Virus record (IMG/VR): IMGVR_UViG_3300025141_014429
Location: 59,029 to 123,028 of that record
DNA from: a virus
Direction: 5' to 3' (one strand)
Length of the DNA: 64,000 nt
The position numbers were made by a program, and so were the translations under genes. Within the stretch, counting starts at the first letter, position 1, and every line of letters starts with the position of its first letter. Shown here one piece after another: positions 19,309 through 29,256 of the stretch. The notes beneath the pieces were generated by a model. It was given only the letters and a program-made list of their open reading frames with translations, searched no databases and had not been told where the DNA came from.

Positions 19309-22300
19309 ATGAGCTATAGATTATTCAAGCTTAAAAAACCAAAGTTATTTAAACCCAATTATAAACGAGGTGATAAAAGCTTGGGGTTGACAACAAATCC
19401 AAACAATGTTGCTATAGGAGGTGTTGTAGGCAATAGTGCTAGTACTTCTTCATTCAGGTATGAGAGTAATAAAAGTCTAAAATCTACACAACAACTTAAT
19501 ATTGACTATACATTTTTTGAAAATCATACATTTTTTGATTCTGCATTATCAAAAACAAATATAGCTTTTGATAAAATTATTAATAAGTATCCTTTTGATG
19601 GATCTATTCAAGAAATTGAAGACTTTGAGGATAATTTAACAGGTTTTGAAAATCACGTATTAGATAATTATCCTAAACATACAGGTAGTCTTGTTCTTTC
19701 TGGAACAGCAATTAACGAGGATCCTGCAAATGGATACGAATCCGGTCTGGGTCAATACGTAGTTGTAAAAGATGGTAAAGGCCTAGAGTTTCCAAGTTTT
19801 TCAAAAGATAGTACAGCTATTGCTGATCTAGATCCGGATAATAATTCTTTTACTTTTGAATTTTTTATTAACTTACCGTTCCAGCCTAACTCAAATCAAA
19901 TAATATGTCAAAAAAGAGCTTCTCTATCTAAGAATATAACAGTAGCATTAGAATCTTCCATTGATAAAAATTTTGCAGGTATCAAGTTTGGTGTAACAAA
20001 TGGTACAGAATTTTTATTTTTAAGTAGTTCTATTGATAAGGGTGAGTTTAAACATATAACTTTGCAGTTTGATAACGAGGGCGGATTTACTGAACAACAA
20101 AAACTTAAATACTATGTAGACGGTGAACTAATTGTAACCTCAAGTACACAATTTCAATTAAGCAATATCATGCTTGATAAGGCTGATTTTATAATAGGAT
20201 CCGGATCACAAGTAAGGATTGATCAACAAATATTTACTCCGGATCAAACGTTATCCGGGTCAATTGATGAATTTAGATTTTTTCATTCTGCTAGACAAGA
20301 AGATTCTGTAGAAAAACAAATGTTTAAAAATATACATGCTACTTCTGATTTGAAAGCTTATTATAGATTTAATGAAACTGCTGAGTCACATAATCTTAAT
20401 AATATAGTTCTAGATAGTTCAGGTAATTCAAGACATGCAAAAATAACAAATTACACCACAGATTGCAGATCTACAGTAAGCCCAGTCAAAGCTGAAAACT
20501 TAAAAAGAAATCCTGTCTTATTTTTCGTACAAACAGTAGCAAATCTAAATACAAGACTTATTAACTCTGCTAGTTTTTACGACGAATTCAATCCGAACTT
20601 AATAACTAAATTGGTTCCTGCACAATTATTCTTAGAAGGAGAAAACTTTGAAGGTTTAGATCAAAATAATCCACTAACAGGTTTTGAGTCTACACCCCAG
20701 CAAAGTGGTATGCCTGGTTCTGGAAAGTTTGGAAGTTCACAATTACTAGTTTCATTTTTGCTTATTTGGGCAAAGTTTTTTGATGAGCTCAAATTGTTTG
20801 TTGATTCATTTGGAGACGTAAGAGATGTTAACTACGACACAGCAGATACAACCCCAGATATTTTTTTAAAAGCACTAGCTACACACTATAATATTGAATT
20901 GCCTGACTTTTTCCCTAATGCTGATTTAAATCAATTGACTGCAGGCGAAGGCATATATAGTGTGGGATCACAAAGAAGTAAATATACACTTGAATATATA
21001 CAAAATCAATTATGGCGTAGGATATTAACAAATGCTGTGCACTTACAAAAGTCTACCGGAACAATAGAAGGAATAAGAAGTACTCTTCGAACAATGGGTG
21101 TTAATGTTGACGATATATTCACAATTAGAGAATACGGCGGACAAACAAAAATAACATTAGACGGAATAAGAGTAGATAAGACTGATAATATTCGAATGCT
21201 AGCATTTACAGGTAGTTTATCGCAAGTAACACCTACCCTAAATTATCAAGGGATTCCTGATACTTTACCTTTTTTAAAAAGCGGTTATCTGTCTAGTTCT
21301 AGATTAGAAATAGGCCGTCCTGAACCTGAGGGCACATTTGTTAGCAAAGACTTGTTTTTTCCTCATGGAGTATCTAATAATGTTAATGACGGCCTTTTGT
21401 CATCCGGATCTTTTACTTATGAGGGCGTGTATAGATTTCCTCACTTGAAAACAGGATCCTATCCATTATACCAGAGCTTAGCAAGACTTCATGTCACAGG
21501 AACAGATCATCCTACACACAAGCACGGAGTATTGACAAATTTAGTTTTAAAGTCTGGCTCTGCACCTGTTTTTACACTATACGCACATCCAGGACAGACA
21601 AATACAGTAGCTACAGATCAATTGATTAATTTTGATATTAACATGCCTACAGGTTCAATTTTTGATGGTAATTTTTGGCATATTTCTTTTGGGCGAAAAC
21701 GAGGAGATCTTGTATTTGAAAAAGAGTCTATAGATTCTTTTAACAAGTCATCTGTATCTTCATCTTACTTTTTAAGAGTAGCTCGAGTTGGTGATAGACG
21801 TCTAAGAAATGTATACACAGAATCAATTGTTAGAGCTGAAGATAACGGGGTCACTTTACAATACTTCCAGAATGCTTTCCAGCAAAAATCAGCACTTAAC
21901 ACTTCAGGATCATTTATTGTAATAGGTAGCCAAAGTATAGAACCCCATAGATTTTATTTTTTAAATAAAACTGCATTAGAAGAAGTTGTTCGAACTACAG
22001 ACTTTGCAGGAGAAATAAGTCAAAATAGATTTTGGTCTAGAGCAGTAACAGATAGAGAATTTAGAGAACATGCTAAAAATTTAAAGTCATTAGGTTCTGA
22101 AGATCCTAGATTTAACTACAATTTTATAACTCACAATACAGGAACATTCGAACAAATAAGACTTTGGACAATGTCAAAACAAGGAACGTCAAGTTCGGAT
22201 GGATCTGGTAATGTAAGGTTGTTTGATTTTTCACAAAATAATTTTCATTTAATGGGTACAGGATTTGAGCCAAATAAAATAGTATTTAATACAAATCAGT

Positions 22301-22887
22301 TAAGATACACAATGTTAAACCCACAATTTGATGTTGCAGGAACAACTAATAAAGTTAGAATCAGAAGTTTGCAACAGTTTGATCCTATTAAGCAAATAGG
22401 ATATCCTTACGCTTCAACTGCACCTGTATATAATGTACCTGAAAATGAAGAAGTTATTGATGATTTAAGATTTAGTTTAGAGATGAGCTTAGTAAAAGCA
22501 CTTAATGAAGATATTGTAAATATGTTTAGTGACTATCAATTTATTGAAAATGCTCTTGGGAGGACCAATTTACTGTTCTCAGAAAAATACCCTGAGTTAG
22601 ATCAAGTTAGAAAAAATTACTTTGAAAATACAACTGGAAAGCTTGACATTGATAAATACTATAAGCTTTTCAAGTGGTTTAACGATACTTTTTCTAGCAC
22701 TATAGAACATATGTTACCTTCAAAAACTAAATTCATGGGAATTAATTTTGTTATTGAATCTCATGCCTTAGAACGTCACAAGTTTAAATATTATTATGAC
22801 GAGATATATTTAAAAGCTTTGCAACGTGATCCTTCTAGAGGGGTAATTCTTCTTTCACAATTTGTGGGTACACTAAAAAAATTCTAA
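19309..22887 (+). CDS. Baseplate wedge protein, gp7/P2 gpI-like, with LamG (ConA-like) domains
   Basis: FTFEFFI..HITLQF..YYVDG..LSGSIDEFRFF (LamG); WRRILTN..LQKSTGTIEGIRSTL (Tail_P2_I-like); second LamG-like block (WHISFG..FAGEISQNRFW). Confidence 0.65.
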   Translation: MSYRLFKLKKPKLFKPNYKRGDKSLGLTTNPNNVAIGGVVGNSASTSSFRYESNKSLKSTQQLNIDYTFFENHTFFDSALSKTNIAFDKIINKYPFDGSIQEIEDFEDNLTGFENHVLDNYPKHTGSLVLSGTAINEDPANGYESGLGQYVVVKDGKGLEFPSFSKDSTAIADLDPDNNSFTFEFFINLPFQPNSNQIICQKRASLSKNITVALESSIDKNFAGIKFGVTNGTEFLFLSSSIDKGEFKHITLQFDNEGGFTEQQKLKYYVDGELIVTSSTQFQLSNIMLDKADFIIGSGSQVRIDQQIFTPDQTLSGSIDEFRFFHSARQEDSVEKQMFKNIHATSDLKAYYRFNETAESHNLNNIVLDSSGNSRHAKITNYTTDCRSTVSPVKAENLKRNPVLFFVQTVANLNTRLINSASFYDEFNPNLITKLVPAQLFLEGENFEGLDQNNPLTGFESTPQQSGMPGSGKFGSSQLLVSFLLIWAKFFDELKLFVDSFGDVRDVNYDTADTTPDIFLKALATHYNIELPDFFPNADLNQLTAGEGIYSVGSQRSKYTLEYIQNQLWRRILTNAVHLQKSTGTIEGIRSTLRTMGVNVDDIFTIREYGGQTKITLDGIRVDKTDNIRMLAFTGSLSQVTPTLNYQGIPDTLPFLKSGYLSSSRLEIGRPEPEGTFVSKDLFFPHGVSNNVNDGLLSSGSFTYEGVYRFPHLKTGSYPLYQSLARLHVTGTDHPTHKHGVLTNLVLKSGSAPVFTLYAHPGQTNTVATDQLINFDINMPTGSIFDGNFWHISFGRKRGDLVFEKESIDSFNKSSVSSSYFLRVARVGDRRLRNVYTESIVRAEDNGVTLQYFQNAFQQKSALNTSGSFIVIGSQSIEPHRFYFLNKTALEEVVRTTDFAGEISQNRFWSRAVTDREFREHAKNLKSLGSEDPRFNYNFITHNTGTFEQIRLWTMSKQGTSSSDGSGNVRLFDFSQNNFHLMGTGFEPNKIVFNTNQLRYTMLNPQFDVAGTTNKVRIRSLQQFDPIKQIGYPYASTAPVYNVPENEEVIDDLRFSLEMSLVKALNEDIVNMFSDYQFIENALGRTNLLFSEKYPELDQVRKNYFENTTGKLDIDKYYKLFKWFNDTFSSTIEHMLPSKTKFMGINFVIESHALERHKFKYYYDEIYLKALQRDPSRGVILLSQFVGTLKKF

Positions 22888-22897
22888 AGAGTAAACT

Positions 22898-24037
22898 ATG
22901 CCGGCAATCAAACCTACAAATCCATACCCAACAATACCCACGTTTACAGATATTCCGGGCATTGATAGACCTACAACCTATGCTACATCAAGTAGTGTTA
23001 AATTACCTTCAAGTGTGTCAACTCCTGCAACGCAAAGAATTGGCATGGAGCAAGAAGTTCAAACAGCATCAACGACTAGCCTGGCACTCACCGGATCCGA
23101 TGGCGCACGTTTAGGTTTTGGTGAAAGAGTAGGAGCTGTTACAGTTTTTGGTACTGATATCAATCCGGGTAGCGCAACACAAGCTGTGGATTCTAGACGA
23201 CAAGGAACTAGTGTTACAACATTTGCTAGATTTGATAATTTGATATATCCACTTATGAGAATGACAGACAAGAAGTTGACAAACAAAACACCTTTTGTTA
23301 ATTTTAAAGCTAACCCAGAGGCTTATGGTCAGCCAAAACTTTTTCACAATCCTGACGATGAAACAGCTAAATATGCATTTCTAGATATCCCAGGCAATAC
23401 AAACCCAGTTACATATATAAAATTAGGAGAAGGGTATCTATCCTATCCCTTCGTCCTCGATTTAATTAATTATAAGGAGCCTGATCAGTTAGATGGTGTG
23501 ATTGAAGTTTTTGATGTTAGAAAGAGTTTTGCACACACGTCAATAACAGATTATAATTTTATGAAAGGTGTGCATTCTGATCTAGGTGGAGGTTATCTTA
23601 AAAATAATAAAGGAACGTCAAGACTAACTAGTCTTTTTGAATACGCAGTAGGCGAATCAGTAGACTTTTTTGAAGATGCAGAAGATTTATTTTTTACCAA
23701 CCACAATACAGTTACTGGATCTTACACAACAGGAGGCGTCCCATTAAGAAAATTTGCCGTCCCTGGAATAGTTTCTGAAGGTACTTACAAAGATTCACCT
23801 TTTTCTGATACAGCTGCAGAAAACTATACGTCTGGTAGCTATGAAATGTTTAATCTACCAACTAGCAAACCACTGACAACTACATTATATGATCTATTAT
23901 ACGGTAATAATAATCCACCCTATTCAAGTATGTCAGAGGTAGGAACTCGTTTTAAGTCTGCAACATGCGGATTACAATATGGCGAGAGTAATCCATTAGG
24001 AACTGATTCGATTGCTTTCGGAGGTTTAAAGAAGTAA
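22898..24037 (+). CDS. Hypothetical virion (baseplate/tail) protein
   Basis: 379-aa Ser/Thr/Gly-rich ORF within the structural operon. Confidence 0.7.
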   Translation: MPAIKPTNPYPTIPTFTDIPGIDRPTTYATSSSVKLPSSVSTPATQRIGMEQEVQTASTTSLALTGSDGARLGFGERVGAVTVFGTDINPGSATQAVDSRRQGTSVTTFARFDNLIYPLMRMTDKKLTNKTPFVNFKANPEAYGQPKLFHNPDDETAKYAFLDIPGNTNPVTYIKLGEGYLSYPFVLDLINYKEPDQLDGVIEVFDVRKSFAHTSITDYNFMKGVHSDLGGGYLKNNKGTSRLTSLFEYAVGESVDFFEDAEDLFFTNHNTVTGSYTTGGVPLRKFAVPGIVSEGTYKDSPFSDTAAENYTSGSYEMFNLPTSKPLTTTLYDLLYGNNNPPYSSMSEVGTRFKSATCGLQYGESNPLGTDSIAFGGLKK

Positions 24038-27000
24038 ATGCCAAAAGTATTTTTAACAGGAAGCGGAGTAACAAGAGGTTATTTGACAGGATCAGGTTTT
24101 ATATCTAATCCTCCTCGTTATCTCATAAGACAATTTGATTCTGCAACGGGATCTTACCCTACAATAGCTAGAACTGGTGACGCGTCTAGGATGGGTAATT
24201 ATAGTGTTAGTTTTGATGACACTAGTACTATGATTTTTGATGATCCTTATGCAGAGGCAGAAATAAACTTTGACATGGTATTCCAGACTAAAATTGTTCC
24301 GATTACAACACCAGGTATTTATTATGGACCGGTAAACTCAAATATTCTTGGAGAAGGTTACAAGGAGGTTATTGAACCGACAATAAAAGAGACGTTTTTG
24401 TCACCCTTAGATGATGATACAATAACGCTGACAGATACAGATGGTAACTCTGTTGTTTTTACGTTTAAGTACGGTCTAAACTTAAGTGGTTTAGCCAATA
24501 ACGAAGTTCAAATACCGATTAATCGCTATGATAGAAAATTATTGGCTAAAAACTTTACAAAAAAAATTAATGAACACCCGGGAATAAAAATTCAAGCTAT
24601 ACTGCTTGATGAACCTAAAAAATTTAGACTTCCAGGTAGAAATGATGCCGGCAAATCAGAATCTTTTGCTAACGGTACAATCAAGCTTCGTCAACAAAAA
24701 CCAGGAACAGCAGGTAATAAGGCTATAACTAAGTCGCTAACTGCACCTTCTATTTTTGGAACCATCGAAGGAATATCTATAACAAATTTTTCTGGTGGTA
24801 AAGATATTAGCAGAATATCATACCCGCAAGTTTTAGATTCTGACATACAGCTAAAAATACAAGAACAAGGAATTGCAACACCTAATTTTAGTTCTGAAAA
24901 CTTAGATAATTCAGGCGGTGTTATAAGAAAAGGCATATCAGATGCACATATTAGGTTTACGAAAGGTGAAGATTTAACTGCATTTGATGATTCTAGAATT
25001 GACATTAGAGGCGATGTATTTTATGAAGTAGGAACTCCAGAAAATATTTATCCAGGGTTTTCTAGTAAATTGTCTGATAAGACTCAAATTGTAATAGACA
25101 TAAGTTCAGCAATAAAGTCTTCCATAGGGTATAATACAAAAGGTAGTCAACCAAAGTCACAGACTTCACTGAATGATACCTCAGGCGCTAGACAACGCTT
25201 AATGGCATATTACAATCCGACAATTAAAAAGTGGGAAACAATAGCAAGAGGTATTAATTCTAACTACTCTGATCAATCACAAATAATATATAATTCTATA
25301 ATGAATGAGGCAGTAATAGGATTTGGACCACTAGCGTCTGGATTTCAACTTATAGGGACTAGTAGTAATTCTTCAATTAACAATGCTAAGTTACTAGATG
25401 ATAATGTTTTAGCTAGTCTTGAAAAACCAATAAGTAATTTTGGATTTCCATTTAGCGGTAAGTATCATGCTACGTCTAGTCAGACATTTAAAATGTCTAG
25501 TTATATCAATCAACCATTTGTGGTTGAAAAAGTTGTAATTGATTTTGATGCAGAGTTTGAAGGAGTTGGGAAGAACACATATGTAGGTAAATTTGGACCA
25601 ACATTTGGTTACAATAATGGTGCAGGTAATGAGTCTGACAAGGGAAATATTGACTTAACAAAAATGCAAAAATTTAATTTTTTCCTTTTAAGACAATTTG
25701 AAAGTAAAAAACCGCACACAGAAAATTATTCAATAGGTTTTGCTACAGCTTTTTTTGACCTAACTCCGGCAGATTATACACACTTTACATCTTCAATACC
25801 TGGGCACTTTTATTTAGGTCCAAGTGGAAGCAATGAAACAACATACGTGACAACAGGTAGAGAAATGATCACTTATGGAAGCATGCTCCATATAGTAACT
25901 TCATCTGCATATTCATCTAAGTCTGATTTAGAAGATCCAGCTTCAGGAATAAATTTTGACACAATATTCAATAGTAAACTTGCTGGTGATGCTAACTACA
26001 TTATAGACACAAAATTTAATGCATCTTTAGGATATAACAAACCATATACAGGAAGTTTCTCTATAGAATTTCCATGTCGTCATACTGCACAAACGCTACC
26101 TGTATCAAGCTTTAGTTCAGTCAAAGTAGGAACCAATCAGCGAGCTAATTTTCTCAATAATGATTTTTCAAGCAGGGGCGGAAGTAGACTGGAAAAATCA
26201 TCAAGAGCACTTGTCAATGGTCAACAGAGCTTAAAGAAAGGAGGGCCCTCTTCAGTTTCATGTCGATCTGCTACAGTGGTTCCAGATGTTTTTGAAACAA
26301 GCGATGCATCTTCACTTGACAAAGTTTCACCTTACATTCTTTTTCCTAACGATGAACTAGTCTTAGGTTTCCAGTACCCATTAGCCGGCAATATAATTAA
26401 TTATGGCATACCTGGATCTGATGAAACTCTATTTGACCAAATAACATTTACAGGACCGGCTAAATTAACACTTTATGGATCACAAATTAAAAAGAATGTT
26501 GAATTTCATGATACACTCAATCAACCACTGACTTCAGATGCAGTTCACGAAGTAATACACTATGATAACCCTGTTATAGATCAATTTGATTTAGCGCAAA
26601 GAACAGAGTATGTTGACAGTTCACTTGATCAATTTAATGAAACCGGTTTTATATTAAGGACTAATAATCCTGCAAGTAGGATTGGTAAAAAAATTGAAAG
26701 CTTAATTTCAGGCTCTGTTGTGGGTATGAATGGTGCTTTTTCTAGATACAGACAGGCTTACGCATTTAGTCAAATTTATTTTGACTCTATGCTTCCAAAT
26801 GTTAGACAGCTATTTATTGATAGTCAAAATCTTGAATCTGTGCCTAGTGTTAATTACACTGTAAATTATGGTAATACAATAACACACATCGTCGGTTTGA
26901 ATATAGAAGCAAAGACAGATTCAGTTTGGCCTGATAACAGTGGTCTATCAAAGTCAGTTGACTATACACTTCCTTTCAATTTATCAGATAATAAAGGACA

Positions 27001-28150
27001 GCTGGCATTTCAAAGTTCAGATTCAACGTCTATGATTAGCAAGCACGATTTTCCAACACAACTTCAAGCCCACAGTTACTGGACCGACAATGGTAACAAG
27101 TGGAAAACACCTGAGACATATTCTAATGATTTATATGGTTCTGCATTCGATCTTGTAGATAATTATAAAGTCCCTGCACCAACTGCGGATTCTGGAGGTT
27201 CAGCTACTGCAACACATGTGTATACAACTGATCAGATAACATATGAAGAGACTACAAATAATTTTGGAGTTGGATCAATGATTTTTCCTAGTCCTAAATT
27301 TAAAAGTGAATTTATATACCCATATAAAAATAATCCAGATCGATCTATGCATCAAGATAAAAGCCTAACTTTGCTTCTATACAGACTAAAATACGTGGAT
27401 ATGTATGCTAGTGGTACATATGTTGGAACTGCTGGTAATCCAAAGCTAGCAATAACTGATCAAGCAACCGACGCACAAAGACGAGAAGCTGTTGATACAA
27501 TACAAGCCGGATACGAAACCCCACTCGGTGCAATAAGAAGAGTTGGTTACATGTCAGGAGATGATTTAATTCCTCACTTGTTCGGTGGAACATTCAACTC
27601 CAATGATACACTTTTTGATAATTTTCGACTGGAAGGTAAGAATAGCCGTGATACATCGGTATTAGGGAGTGCACCTACTGTTAATCTTACATCTGCAGCA
27701 ATCCCAGCGCTAGCGAAAGTTGCAATAGAACAACGAACTTTTTTAGGACTTACAGGTAGTATTTACGAAAATGATCGAACGTTTAGTTACGGAATAATCA
27801 ACACCAATCTCCAAAGAAGAAAATCATATTATCGATCTGATAGATTCACAGGTCAAGTTGCAGATCTTGTACACCCAGGATTTGATACTGCATTTTCTCA
27901 ATTAGGCGCTAGATTAGGAAGAAATATTAGAAATTTTAAAAATACTAGTAATGAACCCCTAGCGGCACCTGTTGTTATTAAGTTTGTAACCGGTTCTAAT
28001 GTCAAACCCCAGAATGATACAAAGGGTAGAAAATTTAAATTAATGAAACCAGCTGATCTTAGAGTAGTACCGGGTAGGCAAAGCTCTAATATGAGTATAT
28101 TTGCTACATCTTCTATGCCTTTCTTTGATGATGACAATTCTAGAAATTAA
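24038..28150 (+). CDS. Large hypothetical virion (baseplate/fibre) protein
   Basis: 1370-aa ORF, beta-rich, Ser/Thr/Gly-rich; starts immediately after the previous stop (TAAATG). Confidence 0.75.
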   Translation: MPKVFLTGSGVTRGYLTGSGFISNPPRYLIRQFDSATGSYPTIARTGDASRMGNYSVSFDDTSTMIFDDPYAEAEINFDMVFQTKIVPITTPGIYYGPVNSNILGEGYKEVIEPTIKETFLSPLDDDTITLTDTDGNSVVFTFKYGLNLSGLANNEVQIPINRYDRKLLAKNFTKKINEHPGIKIQAILLDEPKKFRLPGRNDAGKSESFANGTIKLRQQKPGTAGNKAITKSLTAPSIFGTIEGISITNFSGGKDISRISYPQVLDSDIQLKIQEQGIATPNFSSENLDNSGGVIRKGISDAHIRFTKGEDLTAFDDSRIDIRGDVFYEVGTPENIYPGFSSKLSDKTQIVIDISSAIKSSIGYNTKGSQPKSQTSLNDTSGARQRLMAYYNPTIKKWETIARGINSNYSDQSQIIYNSIMNEAVIGFGPLASGFQLIGTSSNSSINNAKLLDDNVLASLEKPISNFGFPFSGKYHATSSQTFKMSSYINQPFVVEKVVIDFDAEFEGVGKNTYVGKFGPTFGYNNGAGNESDKGNIDLTKMQKFNFFLLRQFESKKPHTENYSIGFATAFFDLTPADYTHFTSSIPGHFYLGPSGSNETTYVTTGREMITYGSMLHIVTSSAYSSKSDLEDPASGINFDTIFNSKLAGDANYIIDTKFNASLGYNKPYTGSFSIEFPCRHTAQTLPVSSFSSVKVGTNQRANFLNNDFSSRGGSRLEKSSRALVNGQQSLKKGGPSSVSCRSATVVPDVFETSDASSLDKVSPYILFPNDELVLGFQYPLAGNIINYGIPGSDETLFDQITFTGPAKLTLYGSQIKKNVEFHDTLNQPLTSDAVHEVIHYDNPVIDQFDLAQRTEYVDSSLDQFNETGFILRTNNPASRIGKKIESLISGSVVGMNGAFSRYRQAYAFSQIYFDSMLPNVRQLFIDSQNLESVPSVNYTVNYGNTITHIVGLNIEAKTDSVWPDNSGLSKSVDYTLPFNLSDNKGQLAFQSSDSTSMISKHDFPTQLQAHSYWTDNGNKWKTPETYSNDLYGSAFDLVDNYKVPAPTADSGGSATATHVYTTDQITYEETTNNFGVGSMIFPSPKFKSEFIYPYKNNPDRSMHQDKSLTLLLYRLKYVDMYASGTYVGTAGNPKLAITDQATDAQRREAVDTIQAGYETPLGAIRRVGYMSGDDLIPHLFGGTFNSNDTLFDNFRLEGKNSRDTSVLGSAPTVNLTSAAIPALAKVAIEQRTFLGLTGSIYENDRTFSYGIINTNLQRRKSYYRSDRFTGQVADLVHPGFDTAFSQLGARLGRNIRNFKNTSNEPLAAPVVIKFVTGSNVKPQNDTKGRKFKLMKPADLRVVPGRQSSNMSIFATSSMPFFDDDNSRN

Positions 28151-28173
28151 CTTGTGAGAAATATTTGTGTGTA

Positions 28174-28181
28174 ATAATTAT
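28174..28181 (+). promoter_or_regulatory. Putative late promoter ATAnWTAT
   Basis: ATAATTAT upstream of GAGGA SD and the 28196 start. Confidence 0.45.
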
Positions 28182-28195
28182 AAGTGTGAGGAATA

Positions 28196-29254
28196 ATGGC
28201 AGGAATACTTGATAGTAAAACTAGAATTATGGACGTTATTGTTACCCAAGAAGGGAGAAGACAAATAGCGTCAGGAAAGATGCGTCCAGAGTTTATTTCT
28301 TTTACTGATGGGCATACTTTTTATCAAAAAGAAGGAATGCAAGGAAACGAGGATCCAACAACAAGAATCTATTTTGAAGCAACTTCTAGACTTAACGATT
28401 CAATTACGCTAGAAAGTGATGATAGCGGTAACTTAGTTCAATTTGACTTTTCACCTAAACACACACTAGTTGGCGAAGAGCTTTTTACAGCAACAGCTAG
28501 TAGTCCTGATTTATCAACAAATAAGTTTAGAATTCATAATTTTGGATCACAATTTGCTTCAACAGGTAAATTAATTGCTAGTGCAAGCATTAATAATTTC
28601 AAAAACTTGTATATGATTGGTACAAGAAATGGAGTTGAAGCTGAGCTTCCTGGAGATGGATTTGCTTTAAGCTCAAATACAGCAAGGTTTTCTATTAAAA
28701 ACTACTCTCCTTGGATTGATGGCGCACATAATCAAAAAATAACAATAGATGCAATTGAACCGCTATTTACTGATAAGAGGCTTTCACATCTTCCTAATTT
28801 TAAATATTTGCCACCAGAAACAATAACAGGAAACCCACTTGGCGTTTATCCAAATGTAAATGAATCTGCACCACTCACATATTCAGAATTAATGAAAGAG
28901 ATAGCTATTAAAAAACCCGAAGAGTTTGCAAAGTCAGATTCATTAGATCCATTCGACCACCCAAAAAGAAGAAATCTTCTTAAAAACTTTATGAAGCCAG
29001 AAGGCGTAATGGCAACAAAAGAAGGTAAGACTATACAATTTACTAATACATCTAAGACAAATAATGTCGTCATGCAAATGTTTGAATTGAGTGATAATAA
29101 ATTTAAAAAATTAGATATTATTGACTTTGGTACATTTAATGACCCACAAGACTTTGATAGACCTGAAAAACATATATTTTTTGCTGGTAAAGTCTATGTT
29201 GATTCGAATGGATCACCAACTTTTGTCAACTTATTTACTTTCATACTGGACTAA
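28196..29254 (+). CDS. Virion protein with tail-collar (DUF3751-like) N-terminal motif
   Basis: MAGILDSKTRIMDVIVTQEGRRQIASG matches the N-terminus of 38429 (MGFLD...VDAVLTDKGRASLA). Confidence 0.55.
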   Translation: MAGILDSKTRIMDVIVTQEGRRQIASGKMRPEFISFTDGHTFYQKEGMQGNEDPTTRIYFEATSRLNDSITLESDDSGNLVQFDFSPKHTLVGEELFTATASSPDLSTNKFRIHNFGSQFASTGKLIASASINNFKNLYMIGTRNGVEAELPGDGFALSSNTARFSIKNYSPWIDGAHNQKITIDAIEPLFTDKRLSHLPNFKYLPPETITGNPLGVYPNVNESAPLTYSELMKEIAIKKPEEFAKSDSLDPFDHPKRRNLLKNFMKPEGVMATKEGKTIQFTNTSKTNNVVMQMFELSDNKFKKLDIIDFGTFNDPQDFDRPEKHIFFAGKVYVDSNGSPTFVNLFTFILD

Positions 29255-29256
29255 CA

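Noticed and set aside
12536-22887. Baseplate genes as an eCIS, T6SS or tailocin locus
   Set aside because: Terminase, portal, protease, scaffold, capsid and primase in the same window show a complete phage.
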